Source: Octopus vulgaris
Lineage: Eukaryota
Assembly: GCA_951406725.2 (NCBI GenBank)
Contig: OX597815.1
Coordinates: 177,382,001-177,446,000 of the forward strand
Direction: 5' to 3'
Length of the DNA stretch: 64,000 bases
The notes beneath the pieces were generated by a model. It saw only the letters and a program-made list of their open reading frames with translations. It searched no databases and was not told where the DNA came from. A program made the position numbers and the translations under genes. The stretch's first letter is position 1; each line of letters begins with the position of its first letter. Positions 40,065-54,099 of the stretch are shown here, piece after piece.

Positions 40065-40638
40065 TAACAAAGGCTAGAATCAATTAATTAAGAAGTAATC
40101 AGTAATTTCACCAAGTAGAATTCGGCATGAAAAAGACCATTTCATGGTAAGCTTAAGTAATACTTTATAATTAGGGTTCAGCAAAGATTTGCTTCACCAC
40201 ATACCGAAGTTTAGAAATGGCAGTCAAAAAATCTTAGCTATTCCTTCTACTTTAAAAGGGGCTCCCAGAAAAACCAAAGTACTTGAAAACAATCCACGCA
40301 GGCAAAAGGGAAAAATAACAAAAATCGATATTAGGTTACCCACGTACGCGCGTTTCGGAATTAGATCGGTATAAAGAATAAATAATTATACCTTACCCGA
40401 CCATTTTCGGCTCATCAGCGTGGGATTCCTCAAATATTAATTATTAAATATTAAATTCGAAGGTACTGGAAAATATCTCTCCACCTAACGGTATCAGAGA
40501 GATCATATTCAGTGCTAGTGCCGCCAAATTCAATTCAAAATACGAATGAGAGTAGAAGGAATGGCTAAGATTTTTTGACTGCTATTTCTAAACTTCGGTA
40601 TGTGGTGAAGCAAATCTTTGCTGGACGCTAATTATAAA

Positions 40639-40642
<4 letters not shown>
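40062..40642 (-). mobile_element. Short Penelope-type element in (TA)n with a ~90-bp internal inverted repeat and a hammerhead
   Basis: 40164-40251 is the inverted repeat of 40551-40641. Hammerhead at 40339-40424. (TA)n on both sides. Confidence 0.72.
40339..40424 (-). ncRNA. Type I hammerhead ribozyme with canonical core
   Basis: Minus strand reads CCCACG-CTGATGA-G...(extended stem II)...C-GAAAC-GCGC-GTA-CGTGGG. Confidence 0.8.
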
Positions 40643-40709
<67 letters not shown>

Positions 40710-43700
40710 AAAATAGTTCGGAAACGGATGCAACTGGTCATAAAATTTGTGATAAACACTTTCTCTGTCTTCTTATATGGATTATATTTTACTATTCACT
40801 ACGCTCTTACATTGGTTTTACCGATGTGACACCTGGATTTTCTACACCTGAAATACTTACCTTGTTTAAAGCTAAACTTCATGAGTGTTGATAGCCTAAA
40901 GCTCGGGTTGCGTGCTGCATTGAAAATACCCCGTATTACTACACTTCTAGGACGTTATACATACATACGCCTGCGTATACATAGAGAAAGGTATATACAT
41001 GTGCGCTAGTGTGTGTGATTGTGTGATTGTGGGTGTGTATGTATGTGTGTGTGTGTGTATTGGTTATTGTTATCGTCTCAAGAAACTCAAACCATATTGC
41101 CTCCAGTGCCTCTGCCAGTGCTGTATCATTTGTATGCTATGCGAAATATTCTAAATGCATTGCTTGAATGATATTACCATCAACTTTAAAATTCTCCAAA
41201 CTCTCTGTCCCTGTACCATCCGTACTCTGCAAAATAATTTTCGCATCAAATCACAACACTAAGACAAAACCATTTCTCATGATCTTACCTCCAAGAAATT
41301 AAAAAAATAAATCTCCTACAACCGGACACATCTCGACAAACAATAATACTTCACTCGAATGAGCTATGATTCCCAAAGAATGACTATAATATGAAGCATC
41401 ATTAAATGTCTTTTCCAGGCGGTGCTATTAATTTATGTATGGCCTTAGGTGAAGAAGGTTCAGCAACGAGTAGAACTTGCTTAAAATTTCGCTAGAAGGA
41501 AGCACTGGGGGAGAATTTTACAACTTTTACCAAAGGAGAGAATTCTTCCTCCACGGCTACTGCAGTGAATTTAGAAGTTGAAATATTCCACAAACATGTT
41601 TTAACTAACCCAAATTCATATAATCATACATACATACATACATAACTGCATACATATATACACCGAACTTCTGTGTATTCTTACATTAATTTTGGTATTA
41701 TTCTTCTGTAGAATTACTGGAACACAATATGAGAAATTCAATTACAGGTACAGATTACCCAACTTCCTTCTATTAATTATTCGCTAACGTATTTCACTGT
41801 GAAGCCTTGCTCGGTAAAAGGATGCCTCGCATTGGTATAGAATCTCAGTCATCGCGGGAACATTAATTAAAATTCATAGATCAAAAATTTATGATGGTGA
41901 AATAAGACACTCTTCCTACTCGTAAAATTTTGTTCTTATGTAAAGAGATATTCAAGTCAGATATTTTCAGCATAAAAGGAGGTAACAAGAAATAAATTAA
42001 ATAAAATGATGGATTGAAATACATCTGTACATATGCACTAATAAATACACACACAGTTATTCAAAGATATACGTATACTTGTCTGTGTATAGAGAACTAC
42101 CGTAAACCTGCATTAAATATATAGAAGTATATGCGTGTGTGCATTATTGTTTATTCGTATGTATGTGTATTTATTTGCACAAAATCATATGTATTTTTGA
42201 ATGTATATGCAAGTGTTTATGCATATATATTTATAGCTATATATCTTTGTGTGTTTGTGTATTTGTACCAAGGTGAGTGAATACGAAAGTATGCGTGTAT
42301 ATAAATACAGATAATGGCAAATCCATTGGTTACTAATTATTAATTACATCGATTCTCATGGAGACGGTGCCTTTTACGCAACAGAGTGTGTCTTTAATAT
42401 ATTTCTTTCATCTGTGATTCTTATTCTAATTTACTGATAAATTTAGTTTGAACGAGTGAGTTCTTACACCGACGTGACGTTGTTCGTTGGATAGATCATC
42501 ATAAATATTTTTACCTTGCTGTTTATACCTGTTCAAACTTATTAGCGAAAATAACAGCTATAGGATACGATCTAATCTTAGAATACTTTAATAAATTCCT
42601 ACAGAAATAGCTGTAGTAATTTTAAACCCCATTTGCCTCCTGATAATACCTACGCCGCACTTGGAAACAGCCTTGAGTCGAATCTACGATTGAAATTGAA
42701 TTTGGTACTTACAGATCTGCAAACCTGCGGGATACTACCATCACAAGGTTATCTCATGGTCGTTTATCTTAATGTGAAACTTATGTCCTGGTAGCTAGTA
42801 ACTTTGGGCGTCTTACATTTTTATGCGCCAAGATTCCAGTGAATCCTAAATATAATATCTCCCTCCATCTCTCCCTCCCTCTCTGTCTCTCTCTCCGTGT
42901 GTATGTTTTTGTGTTTTTCTTTATACACAACCATATATACACACGTAATTATATACATACTCTTGTACCCGCACACGAGTGTGTATAACGCCTACACATG
43001 CTGGAGAATATTCAGCTATGTTTTCTAAGCATAATCTGTCCTCCTGCTTAATTTTCACAAATCCTTATTAATATAGACATGAGAATTTATGAACTATCAC
43101 ATATTATCTGTTATGCATTTGGGGAAAAAAAAATCTTTAATATATCATTTCCTGTATTTGATTGAAGAGGTGCTAGCTGACGTTATTTTTCGATAGTTTA
43201 CACAGATTTTTTTTTTCTTTAGTAGAAAGGGAATCTTCACACCGTCTTGTCTCATATGCATTATGATTTTAAAATATAGACATGATTCATATCTTTATAA
43301 TAGGCATCTCAGTTACCGACAAAATTAAAAATTGTCAAGACTAACACCTTGGGGTTTCTGGCATCTTTTCACCATATAATCTATTATCCAACACAATAAA
43401 TATAAGGAGTTATCGATTTAAGCGTGATAATTAAAGATAGTTTGAATAACATTATGTTTGTATATATTCTCTTACCACTTTTCCAGAGAAATGTGTGAGA
43501 ATATTACACGCATAAGAAGCAGAGCGTATTTGTCATTGAATATGAAGGCATTGCAATTTATCAAATCCAAGCACGCAGATAAGTGCGAAGGTGGATCCAG
43601 ATCGGAAAAGTATCAACGATCACGACTAAGATAACAATAACGATCGCCAAAGAAAATAATTGTAAGGAGGCGATCGACTTGGAATTAATCAAGGTTTCGT

Positions 43701-45214
43701 CATGTTGGTTTGATGTTGAACCTCTTATGCATTTGTAAAGTAGTACCGGTTTATCGCGAGAACTATTCTCTGATACGGTTTCTTTTCTCTTGATTTATTT
43801 CTTCTGCATATCAGTAGAGTGTACTTTTAGTGTGTGAATAAGAGTGTCTGTATACAAATGGTAGTGGCAGAATTATGGGCATGTTAAAGAGGTTAGAGGT
43901 ATCTCGAGATATGGTGTCACTTTGCTTGTCGTCAGGTTAACGCGTTTAGTTGGTAATTGAAATAGTACTGCACCCTGCCAGCGCATTACATATCTTTTAC
44001 CGACGCTGTACAGGAGACAACCGGAAGAAGTAGCGCAAGGCTTAGTGTCCAAACATCGAAAGATTCTGCCAGCCCAGGCAGTAAACTAAATACGCGAGAA
44101 TTCCCCTCCAATCTAAAATATACAGCCTCTTCACAATGTCAGTTCGTGTGTGCAACCTCATAGAAGAGAGAATAAGAAGTGTAACTAACGTAAATTTCTC
44201 GGATTATCTGAAGCATTTTTAATGGAATCTGGCATTGACAACGGTTAGTGTGTTGATTTTCCTGCACAAGGAATTCATAATATTCATAATCCATAATTCT
44301 ACAGCACATTTATTTGTATAAAATCTCAATCATTGTTTGTAGATATAAATTAAATATTGTACACACGCAATGTTATAGAATCGATTTTCCCTACCTCAGC
44401 AGAGAATTAATTTCATTTTGAGATGCTTATGAAACATTACTTTATTGCGTTTTGTTTTCCCTTTATAATTTCATGTATTAGAGTAATTTATTGAATATTA
44501 TCTATTAACTATTGCTAATCACATGACGTTCCGATACTTCCGTGTTTGTCTCTGACTTTCATAGTTCGGAGTCTATAAAAGTCTGGTGAAGTAACGGCTC
44601 CTACTTAATACACATACAATTCATCTCAAGATTTTTAGCGTGGTGATATTATCAGGAATTATTATTAGCATAACGGTACTACCTTAATAATGGCGTACTA
44701 TGTTCGAATAAGACCGTGGGGGAATTTGATTTACAATTATCTGGTAATCGATAGAAATCAATGGGGTATCGATTCAATAAATACCGGAATGCTATTAATT
44801 AATTCTGAATGGCATACCAAATACATGCCCAAACATATTTGGCACCTTTCATCTGTAATGATGAAACGAATAATATTTAGACAGCATTTTAGACGTCTAC
44901 ACAGAACTGCAGCCTTCTTATGCAAATGCATGGAAAACATTTGCAGGGCGTTCTCATTTACATTCGTTTCTGGATTACTGATGACCTTTGAATTGTAAAC
45001 ACAGTGTTGTCCATATGATTTGGCCATCCACAGAAGCAAATAGAGTGAACGAAATATTCATCAGTTGCCGAGTCGTTTTACCTCAGTGTTGTATGCCAGA
45101 AAAGTCAACAGACATTATAATTTCTAATTATAAACTAGTTTAATGTTAAATTACTAATGTTCCCTTCAAGTATCATTAGTTGTTCGGGTTTGGAATATGA
45201 GGTTTGCAAATGAT

Positions 45215-45420
45215 ATGCTGAGCTGTCAGAATCGTTAGTACACCGGGTAAAATGCTTACGGCATAATATCTGTCTTTACGTTCAAATTCCGCCGGGGTCG
45301 GCTTCGCCTTTCAACATTTCCAGATCGATAAAATAGGAACCAGTTCAACTCTAGAGTCAATGTAATCAACTTACTCCCTCCATTAAAATTGCTGGCCTTG
45401 TGATCGAATTTTAAGTCAAT
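45215..45420 (+). mobile_element. SINE family 2, older copy
   Basis: Degenerate head and Meta-like domain. Confidence 0.75.
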
Positions 45421-45443
45421 ATTGGATTAGCAAATATATAAAC

Positions 45444-45848
45444 ATCCCCGTAACTTAGCAGTTCGGCAAAAGAGACATATTTCTTTACTACCCACAAGGG
45501 GCTAAACACAGAGAGGACAAACAAGGAGAGACAAACGGATTAAGTCGATTATATCGACCCAGTGCGTAACTGGTACTTAATTTATCGACCCCGAAAGGAT
45601 GAAAGGCAAAGTCGACCCCGGTGGAATTTGAACTCAGAACGTAACGACAGACGAAATACGGCTAAGCGTTTCGCCCGGCGTGCTAACGTTTCTGCCAGCT
45701 CGCCGCCTAAAAGAGCTCGTTCGGCAAAAGAGACCGATAGAATAAGTACTAGGCTTCCACCAAAGAAGAAGTCGATTCGCTCGACTAAAGGCGGTGCTCC
45801 AGCATGGCTGCAATCAAAATGACTGAAACAAGTAAAGAGTAAGAGTAA
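45444..45848. mobile_element. SINE family 1 3' part (+) with a nested family 2 SINE (-, 45477-45708)
   Basis: The 16-bp duplication GTTCGGCAAAAGAGAC at 45461-45476 and 45719-45734 flanks the nested copy. Confidence 0.88.
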
Positions 45849-46127
45849 GCATATTTTCCGTTTCGCTCCGGTGCCTCATTTTGAGCATCCTGGTTTATAT
45901 ATAAATGAAGCATGAATGATGTTTAATTAATAATTACAACAATGAAAAGATAAAGGAACCAGTAAAGATAATGAGGAAGATTGAGGGCGTTAATCATTGA
46001 GATAAGTAAGAAAGATTGTGCGAATGAGCACGTGGTGATAATGAGGATGAGGGGAAGGATAAAGATTATTTTCATGGTGTCAGAAGGATGCTGTTGATAA
46101 TTATGGTAATAACTATACTACTGTGAT

Positions 46128-46262
46128 ATTGATGATGATGATGATGATGAGGAGGAGGAGGAGGAGAAGGAGGAGGAGGAGGAGGAGGATGCTACTTTTG
46201 CCGCTGTCGCTGGGTAGGAGGAGGAAGAAGATGGTAATAATGAGGAAGAAGAGGAAGAAGGA
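46128..46262. repeat. (GAT)n/(GAG)n/(GAA)n low-complexity tract
   Basis: Directly visible. Confidence 0.9.
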
Positions 46263-46630
46263 AACTCAAGTAGGCTAGTTTGTTGGTAGTTATGGAGATT
46301 GTTCATGATTTTGAGGGGAAGAAAGAAGAATTGAATTGATATAATGGATATGTAATAGAAGAAAAATACTAAAGCAACTTCAGTTGTTGTATTAACAAAT
46401 ACGTTTCTTCGAATATAAACAAAAGGATTCCATTTCATTAAATACTAATTAAACGAGATAGCATTTTGTTCTGGTTAGAAAGATTTAAAGCTATTGATAA
46501 TTTAGAAAATGTCCACATTTAGTGAGACTACAAAAACTTAAAACGTACTTAATGTGTTTCGGTGGTTTTATATTATAATGCACCATGACATATAGATATG
46601 GAATTTGTATGATTGACACATGGCAACAAT

Positions 46631-47040
46631 TTTATTTTATTTTTACTTGTTTCGATCATTTGACTGCGGCCATGCTGGAGCACCGCCTTTAATCGAGCAA
46701 CTCGACCCCAGGACTTATTCTTTGTAAGCCCAGTACTTATTCTATCGGTCTCTTTGCCGAACCGCTAAGTGACGGGGACATAAACACACCAGCATCGGTT
46801 GTCAAGCAATGCTAGGGGGACAAACACAGACACACAAACATACACACACACATACATATATATATATGCATAAATAGGACAGGCTTCTTTCAGTTTCCGT
46901 CTACCAAATCCACTCACAAGGCTTTAGTCGGCCCGAGGCTATAGCAGAAGACACGTGCCCAAGATGCCACGCAGTGGGACTGAACCCGGAACCATGTGGT
47001 TGGTAAGCAAGCTACTTACCACACAGCCACTCCTGCGCCT
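46631..47040 (-). mobile_element. SINE family 1, full length
   Basis: Reverse complement aligns end to end with 50191-50595. Confidence 0.93.
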
Positions 47041-48229
47041 ATTGTTTCGGTTCTGATAGTAATTAAGATAGTTTTGGGATCTTTTAATACAGAGATGATA
47101 ACAAGCAAGGATCGTCGCATATGTACATGCGAATATAATGTTGTTACATTATTGACGACAAGCAATTTGCTTTCTGACCGCAAGTTCTGATGGGTGCAAT
47201 GAACCCAATAATGACAACGGCAAACGAGATTGAGAGACAACCGTAATACCCTACAGTTGCATTATGTCATGCAAATGTGATTAGAGATTATCTCTTCCTT
47301 GTTTATCCAGTTGTCCAATGCGTGTAATAAAGTTACAGGAATTCGTTTTTCTGCTGTCTACCCGTTCTCAATCACACCATCAGTTTTACGGAAAGTAAGA
47401 ATGTAAATTTCGCGAACATTGATGTAGCGTTAATGCAATTTTGTACATCAATAGCAAATAAATGTTATCTTTGGTTAAGCTTCTAAGGATTGTCCGTATG
47501 TGCATATGACTTTACGTGGCTGTGTTTATGTAAATTTATTAGGACGAGAAAATGCGGCACGTTTTGCTTAGTGAAAGAATTTAATTAATTAAATATAACA
47601 CTAGCACACACTTTATAGTTTCTAATTAAAAGAAAACAGAACATTGTTGGAAGGTTCTTAGACAGGGACTAGCGAGATGCGAGTGTATCAAATAGAAGGT
47701 ATATAATATGCCCTTGTTTATGTCATATACCTGTTATAGTCTCAGCGTGTGTTTAATCGTCATTTCACTACTTGTAGAGAAAGCTGACTGTAAAAAATTT
47801 GGACTAGTGTTTATACTCTCAATATGAAAGAATAATTGAATTCTTACAATTACAGATGTGTGAAAAAAAAAAACAAGATGGAAAAAATAAATTAGAACTC
47901 AAAAGAGCAAAATATTAAAACTGATTCAAGGTGAGAATTGTCCGTCATCAAATATTACAGTTTCATGTTGTCTAGTTACTTACGAAAGTACAATTTATGA
48001 AAAAATAAAGATATCTAAAAACTTGTGCAAGTATCTCTCGCCGATTAAGCATCTTAGGCTGACTAGAAGAAAGGATGTCCTGCGTTTTGAAGTTGAAGGA
48101 AGCTGTTAAATGGATCGTGTAACCATTAGGAAAATATTGTTAACATAATCAGATGATTAATTAGAATTATTAATATTTAAGTGATGTAATTTTGCATAAA
48201 TGACTAAGCTATAATGGTATGAGACAACA

Positions 48230-48752
48230 GGACAAGCTCATGAAAACACACTCAATACCCTCCATTTATGTACATTTTTTCTTTAACATAATGAATACAT
48301 TTACACGATTAAGATAGTCATGAAATAAAGTCAATATACAATGTGCATTCAGAAAGAATCTGACTTTATTTTTCCCATTAAAGCTAATGTTACAAGCATG
48401 TTTGAAGTGCTTGTAACACCTGTGGAATCTTACGAATGGCATCATCGTCAAAAATCCTGCTGAATGTTTCAAGCTCAGATGATTTTGAACTTGGGTATGT
48501 TGATATTTTTGGCAAACATTGATGCAATATCTCTGCTTGATACGTTCGATGAAAACAAAAAATCCGACGAGCACGCATTAGGGTTCTGTACTGTAGGTAT
48601 AACAGCCGGCAACTGACGCAGTCTGTCGCCGCGAAAGTTTTCTTGCATCTGCAGCAAGGATAGAATCACCTCTCACTCAAAAGTATTGTCCTGCACGGCA
48701 TTAAATTTGAAGAGGAAAATATTAAGTCCCATAAGTTTTGAGCGCACCTCAT
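48230..48752 (-). mobile_element. Mariner 5' portion (TIR and transposase N-terminus), internally deleted
   Basis: Minus strand begins ATGAGGTGCGCTCAAAA (mariner-like TIR). Protein reads ERIKQRYCINVCQK and FDDDA. Confidence 0.7.
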
Positions 48753-49285
48753 TTATTCAAATATTCGTATGTAAAGTAAAGCCAAGTAAACTTTTGAAAT
48801 TGGAAGTTACTGGGATCGATATATTTACTGCTTTGCTATCAATTGTGTCCCTTCAATTCTGAGTTTCGTTTTGCATTGTATTTCTGAAACAACAAAGTTA
48901 AAATTTCACGACAAATTGGGTGATCTGCCTCAAGATGCTTCTGCTGCAGATTTTAATATCCATTGCCATAAAATGCCTGGGAACTTGGCTTTGCTAAAAA
49001 TTCGAGAATTTCCAAGGTATGTTCATTAAACCATCAATCTTTTCTAAGGGTGTTTTAGGGTTGGTAACCGAAGCTACACAATAAGTCTGATTGGAAAATA
49101 AATTCTAATGTTCCTTGTTATAATGTGATGAAGTTGTTACAGGTGTGGCATCATCTACTAATTAGGAGGAAATTCATACCCAGGACAAACGTTATATCTA
49201 TATGCATCCATATGTGTGGAAGTGTGTGTGAGTGTCTGTCTGTGTGCATGTTTGTATGTAATGTATATATACATATATATATGTT

Positions 49286-49415
49286 TGTTCTCTCCTTGTT
49301 TTTTCTGTGTCCCTTTCTGTAGAAGAGCGTGGGCTCGAAACGTAAAAGACGTTACTATTCCCGAGCGTTATACTAATACATCTGTTTGTTTTGTACACCA
49401 CCTGTCTTCGTCTTT

Positions 49416-49420
<5 letters not shown>
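49286..49420 (+). repeat. Penelope-type terminal repeat fragment with hammerhead motif
   Basis: CTTT-CTGTAGA-A-GAGC-GTGG-GCTC-GAAAC-GTA-AAAG at 49313-49348. Homologous to 15645-15780. Confidence 0.68.
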
Positions 49421-49455
<35 letters not shown>

Positions 49456-50061
49456 TGCATACACACATGCTTACAAACACACTCACACACATATATATGT
49501 ACAAACATAGACACACACATATAGATACATACAAGCATACATATATGCTTGCAACCATGCATACGTACTTATGGTAAAACAACGGTAAACAATATTGGTG
49601 ATATTCCCAATTCGTATTTCCTACAGCTGTTTTAATAATTATCGAATCACACGATTATTATGTGATTAATAAAAACAAACGTATTAGTGAGGCTTTTTGA
49701 AATATAAACTAGAGAATTTCATTTCTACACAACAGTTTGGGAGATAAGGTAGATAAAACTATGTAAATAGATGTTTATTGACTTGCTGTTAAAATGATGT
49801 CAGCCATTTATCAAGACAATCACAAATATCTCAGAGACACATAATAATATGCTTACAAGTACACTGGCCGGGCTTTCGTATACAAACATATAGATTCATA
49901 TACAAACTCATGCATAAAGGCATGTGAAAGTATACATGCATATATATATCCTTTATAATGCCGCTAGGATTATACATAAATAGATTTACGTTCATCAAGC
50001 TACAAATGTTGCAACAAACACACATATATGTAAATATTCATTGAGACACGCTCCCTACAAA

Positions 50062-50106
<45 letters not shown>

Positions 50107-50122
50107 GTATATATATATATGT

Positions 50123-50174
<52 letters not shown>

Positions 50175-50190
50175 ACATATACCTACATAT

Positions 50191-50595
50191 AGGCGCAGGA
50201 GTGGCTGTGTGGTAAGTAGCTTGCTAACCAACCACATTGTCCCGAGTTCAGTCCCACTGCGTGGCATCTTGGGCAAGTGTCTTCTGCTATAGCCCCGGGC
50301 CGACCAATGCCTTGTGAGTGGATTTGGTAGACGGAAACTGAAAGAAGCCTGTCGTATATATGTATATATATATGTATGTGTGTGTTTGTGTGTCTGTGTT
50401 TGTCCCCCTAGCATTGCTTGACAACCGATGCTGGTGTGTTTACGTCCCCGTCACTTAGCGGTTCGGCAAAAGAGACCCATTGAATAAGTACTGGGCTTAC
50501 AAAGAATAAGTCCCGGGGTCGAGTTGCTCGATTAAAGGCGGTGCTCCAGCATGTCCGCAGTCAAATGACTGAAACAAGTAAGAGAGTAAGAGAGT
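50191..50595 (+). mobile_element. SINE family 1, full length
   Basis: AGGCGCAGGAGTGGCTGTGTGGTAAG head through the GACTGAAACAAGTAAGAGAGT tail. Confidence 0.93.
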
Positions 50596-50668
50596 ATATA
50601 TATATATACATATATATATATGTATACATATATATGTATATATATATATATTTTTATATGTATACATA

Positions 50669-50724
<56 letters not shown>

Positions 50725-50736
50725 TACATACGTATA

Positions 50737-50950
50737 TCTATTATATAAAATCCGTTCTGTCTGTGTGTGTCTTCTAGGATCTGTGGCATCCTCCGTCCGG
50801 TTGCGCTCAAATTTGATATGTAGATACCACCGGTATCAGCGCGTGTATAAGTCTTGAAAAAAATAACAAAAATGGATTCCAGATGAGAATGCGACCGATA
50901 AAGCCGTGAGAACGTGCATTTCAATAAAGGCAACAAGTGCGAGGAATATT
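50737..50950 (+). mobile_element. Probable Helitron 5' fragment
   Basis: Starts A|TCTATTATATAAAA followed by (TGTC)-like repeats, like the 5' end of the 12331-12715 element. No 3' hairpin-CTAG found. Confidence 0.5.
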
Positions 50951-51077
50951 AATGCAGTTTATGGGACCGGAGTCTTCCCACTCAGTTTTGTAACTTTCTA
51001 CCTATGAAACAAACATACGGACACTCACGTACGTACGTGGGCGCGCACACATACTCGCACACATACAAAATACACAC

Positions 51078-51108
<31 letters not shown>

Positions 51109-52024
51109 CATACATACATTTATGCACGGGCTTTCACACATCAGAATGTTAGCAACTTGCATTTAGTGTATGGAAGGTAGGTCACGCTAACGAGAGGAAA
51201 ATTATTTTTCTTGTTCGTAAGATATCAATGATATTAAAATTTGCAGTACATAATGTAATAAAGATAATGAATATATCTTAAAATAAAGGATTTAACACAT
51301 CACTTTCGTTTATGTTTGGGATCAGAAGGAAAAAGACCAGGCTCTCTTGAAATAATTAATTGAGAGTGTAAGAAATATTTAGATGCAAAACTTGCTATTT
51401 GTTATTCATTTAAATAATACTTTTTGAAATGGCTCAGTTGATGCAGAAATATTAATAAACTTAGTAAAATGAAGAGCGAATGGAAGTAAAGAAAAAAATA
51501 TTATCGTCTCTAATGATCCCTTAAATAAACTAATTTAATACGAACGGTCCTTAATCGTTTACACCAATTACAAATATTTGCATAAAATCTTTATGCTTCC
51601 CACGGCACTATTTAAATATCCTTCTCCTAAACCCGAGAAAACAATATGTATTTGCGTAGAGTTTCCGTTATATTAACAAGGGAACACATTTTCTGTCAGA
51701 GCTATCGAACGGATTAGAAACCAATAACAGAGGGAAATGCATTGCCGTTCACATACATATAAATCATTAAATATTATGCAGACATATACTGTAACAGTTG
51801 TAAACAATAATGCTACTTATAGATGAATAATTTAAGTGTGTAAATGTGCCTGCATTTGAGTGTGTATGTTTGACTATGTGTAAATAAATACACGTGTAAA
51901 GGTTTTTTATGGATATCTACATATGTGAGCGCGCGTGTGTATATATGTTTATATGCATATATGCTTACATATCAATTCTGTATATAATAAAGGAAGTTTA
52001 TATTATATATATTCCGTATATATT

Positions 52025-52100
<76 letters not shown>

Positions 52101-52102
<2 letters not shown>

Positions 52103-52253
52103 GCTGTGTGGTGAGTAGTTTGCTTACCAACCACATTGTTCTGGGTTCAGTCCCACTGCGGGGTACCTTGGGCAAGTGTCTTCCACTACAGCATCGGACC
52201 CACCGAAGCTTTGTGAGTGGATTTGGTAGACGGAAGGTGAATGAAACCCACCG

Positions 52254-52332
<79 letters not shown>

Positions 52333-52528
52333 GTGTGTCTGTGTTTGTCATCCGAATAGATGCTGGCGTGTTTAAGTCCCTGTATCTTAGCGGTTCGGCA
52401 AAAGAACTGATAGTATAAGTACTAGGCTTACAAAGATTAAGTCATGAGATCGATTTGCTCGACTATAAAAGCAGTGCTCCAGCATGGCTGCAGTCAAATG
52501 ACTGAAGTAAGTAAAAGAATAAAAGAAT
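52101..52528 (+). mobile_element. SINE family 1
   Basis: Family head, body and tail with an expanded internal microsatellite. Confidence 0.9.
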
Positions 52529-52531
52529 ATG

Positions 52532-52569
<38 letters not shown>

Positions 52570-53079
52570 CATATATATGTGTGTGTCTGTGTCTGTGTCT
52601 CTGTGTGTGTATAGATAGTTATATTGATAGACAGATAGATAGATAGATAGTTCTAAATTTATATAGTGGGAGTGAAAGAGATCCAGAGGCACACACACGC
52701 ACAGGCAAACCCTCGCCCCGAACATGCACACACATAGAAACACTTACGAATTTTCAAACGAGAGGACTCCGACTTAATACATGATGTAGATATCAATTGT
52801 TAGTGTGAAAGCATATGATTCTGTGCTGAATCGTTACTCAGATCTCAGTTCTATTTGAGAATTTGATGATTATTATAGCAACACGGAGACGCAGGCAGCC
52901 ATTTTCATAGTTTTACATTTTTTGTAAAACTGTGGCTGTGAGCACGAGGTGCTATTGTCATTAAATTGTGCTTTGTCCGTAGAGCATCTCCGTAGAAATC
53001 ACGAAGCTGCTCGTATAACCTGCTTAGTCTTGTCTTTACATGCGAGTCTGCAATGGTCAAGCGGGTTGATTGGCTGTTG

Positions 53080-53370
53080 GTTACGATAACAATGGTTCCA
53101 GTTGATCCGACCATTGGAACAGCCTGCTCAAGAAATTAACCTGCAAATGACTGCGTACTCCACAGCAACGCGTACCGTTAACGTAGTTCTTAGGGGGATT
53201 CAGCGTGACACACCGAATGTGATAAGGCTGAGCCTTCGAACTATAAGGCAACTCATTTTTACCAGCTTAGTAAACTAGAGCAACGAGAATTAAAGTGTCT
53301 TGCTGCAGGATACAACGTACCACCGGGAATTGAACTCATGACTTTCCGTTTGAGGGCCGCATATGCGTTT
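53080..53370 (-). mobile_element. SINE family 4 (tRNA head, Deu/Nin-domain-like body), old copy
   Basis: Minus strand has B box GAGTTCAATTCCCGG, followed by GTATCCTGCAGCAAGACACTTTAATTCTCGTTGCTCTAGTTTACTAAGCTGG. Confidence 0.65.
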
Positions 53371-53471
53371 TCACTACGGTCAAGTTTTCATAGAGAAATT
53401 ACTGCCATAATAACGCAGCCATGTATCTCTGGTTAATTGTCTATGTTTTGGGTTGCAGGTATGACCAGCTA

Positions 53472-53893
53472 AAGGCGGTGAGCTGGCAGAATCGTTAGCA
53501 CGCCGGGCGAGATGCTTAGCAGTATTTCGTCTGTCGCTTACGTTCTGAGTTCAAATTCCGCCGAGGTCGACTTTCCCTTTAATCCTTACGGGGTCGATAA
53601 ATTAAGTACCAGTTACGCACTGGGGTAGATATAGTCAACTTAATCCGTTTGTCTGTCCTTGTTTTTCCTCTCTGTGTTTAGCCCCTTGTGGGTAGTAAAC
53701 AAATAGGTATTTCGTCTACCGCTACGTTCTGAGTTCAAATTCCGCCGAGGTCGACTTTGCCTTTCATCCATACGGGGTCGATGAATTAAGTACCAGCTAC
53801 GCACTGGGGTCGATATAATCGACTTAATCCGTTTGTCTGTCTTTGTTTGTCCTCTCTGTGTTTAGTCCCTTGTGGGTAGTAAAGAAATAGGTA
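53472..53893 (+). mobile_element. SINE family 2, dimeric copy with TSD
   Basis: Head plus two bodies, flanked by AGGTATGACCA(G/T)CT at 53457 and 53889. Confidence 0.93.
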
Positions 53894-54099
53894 TGACCAT
53901 CTGGTTACTAACGGGTATTAATTTTAAATACTTTCTGATAACTACCGACAAACTGTATGTTTACTATTTCTTCCAAGCTCATATCTTGACTTTTTTTTTC
54001 TTTTGCTCACTGGGTTACTGTTTCACCAACTCTCCAGCGCATCGGAATGTTTTCAATTCCATACATGTTAGTACAAGAGGTGGAGATAATTAAAAAAAC

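Noticed and set aside
45562-45822. Near-identical ORFs MRNWYLIYRPRKDERQ at 45562 and 62620 suggesting a gene family
   Set aside because: Both are antisense translations of family 2 SINEs.
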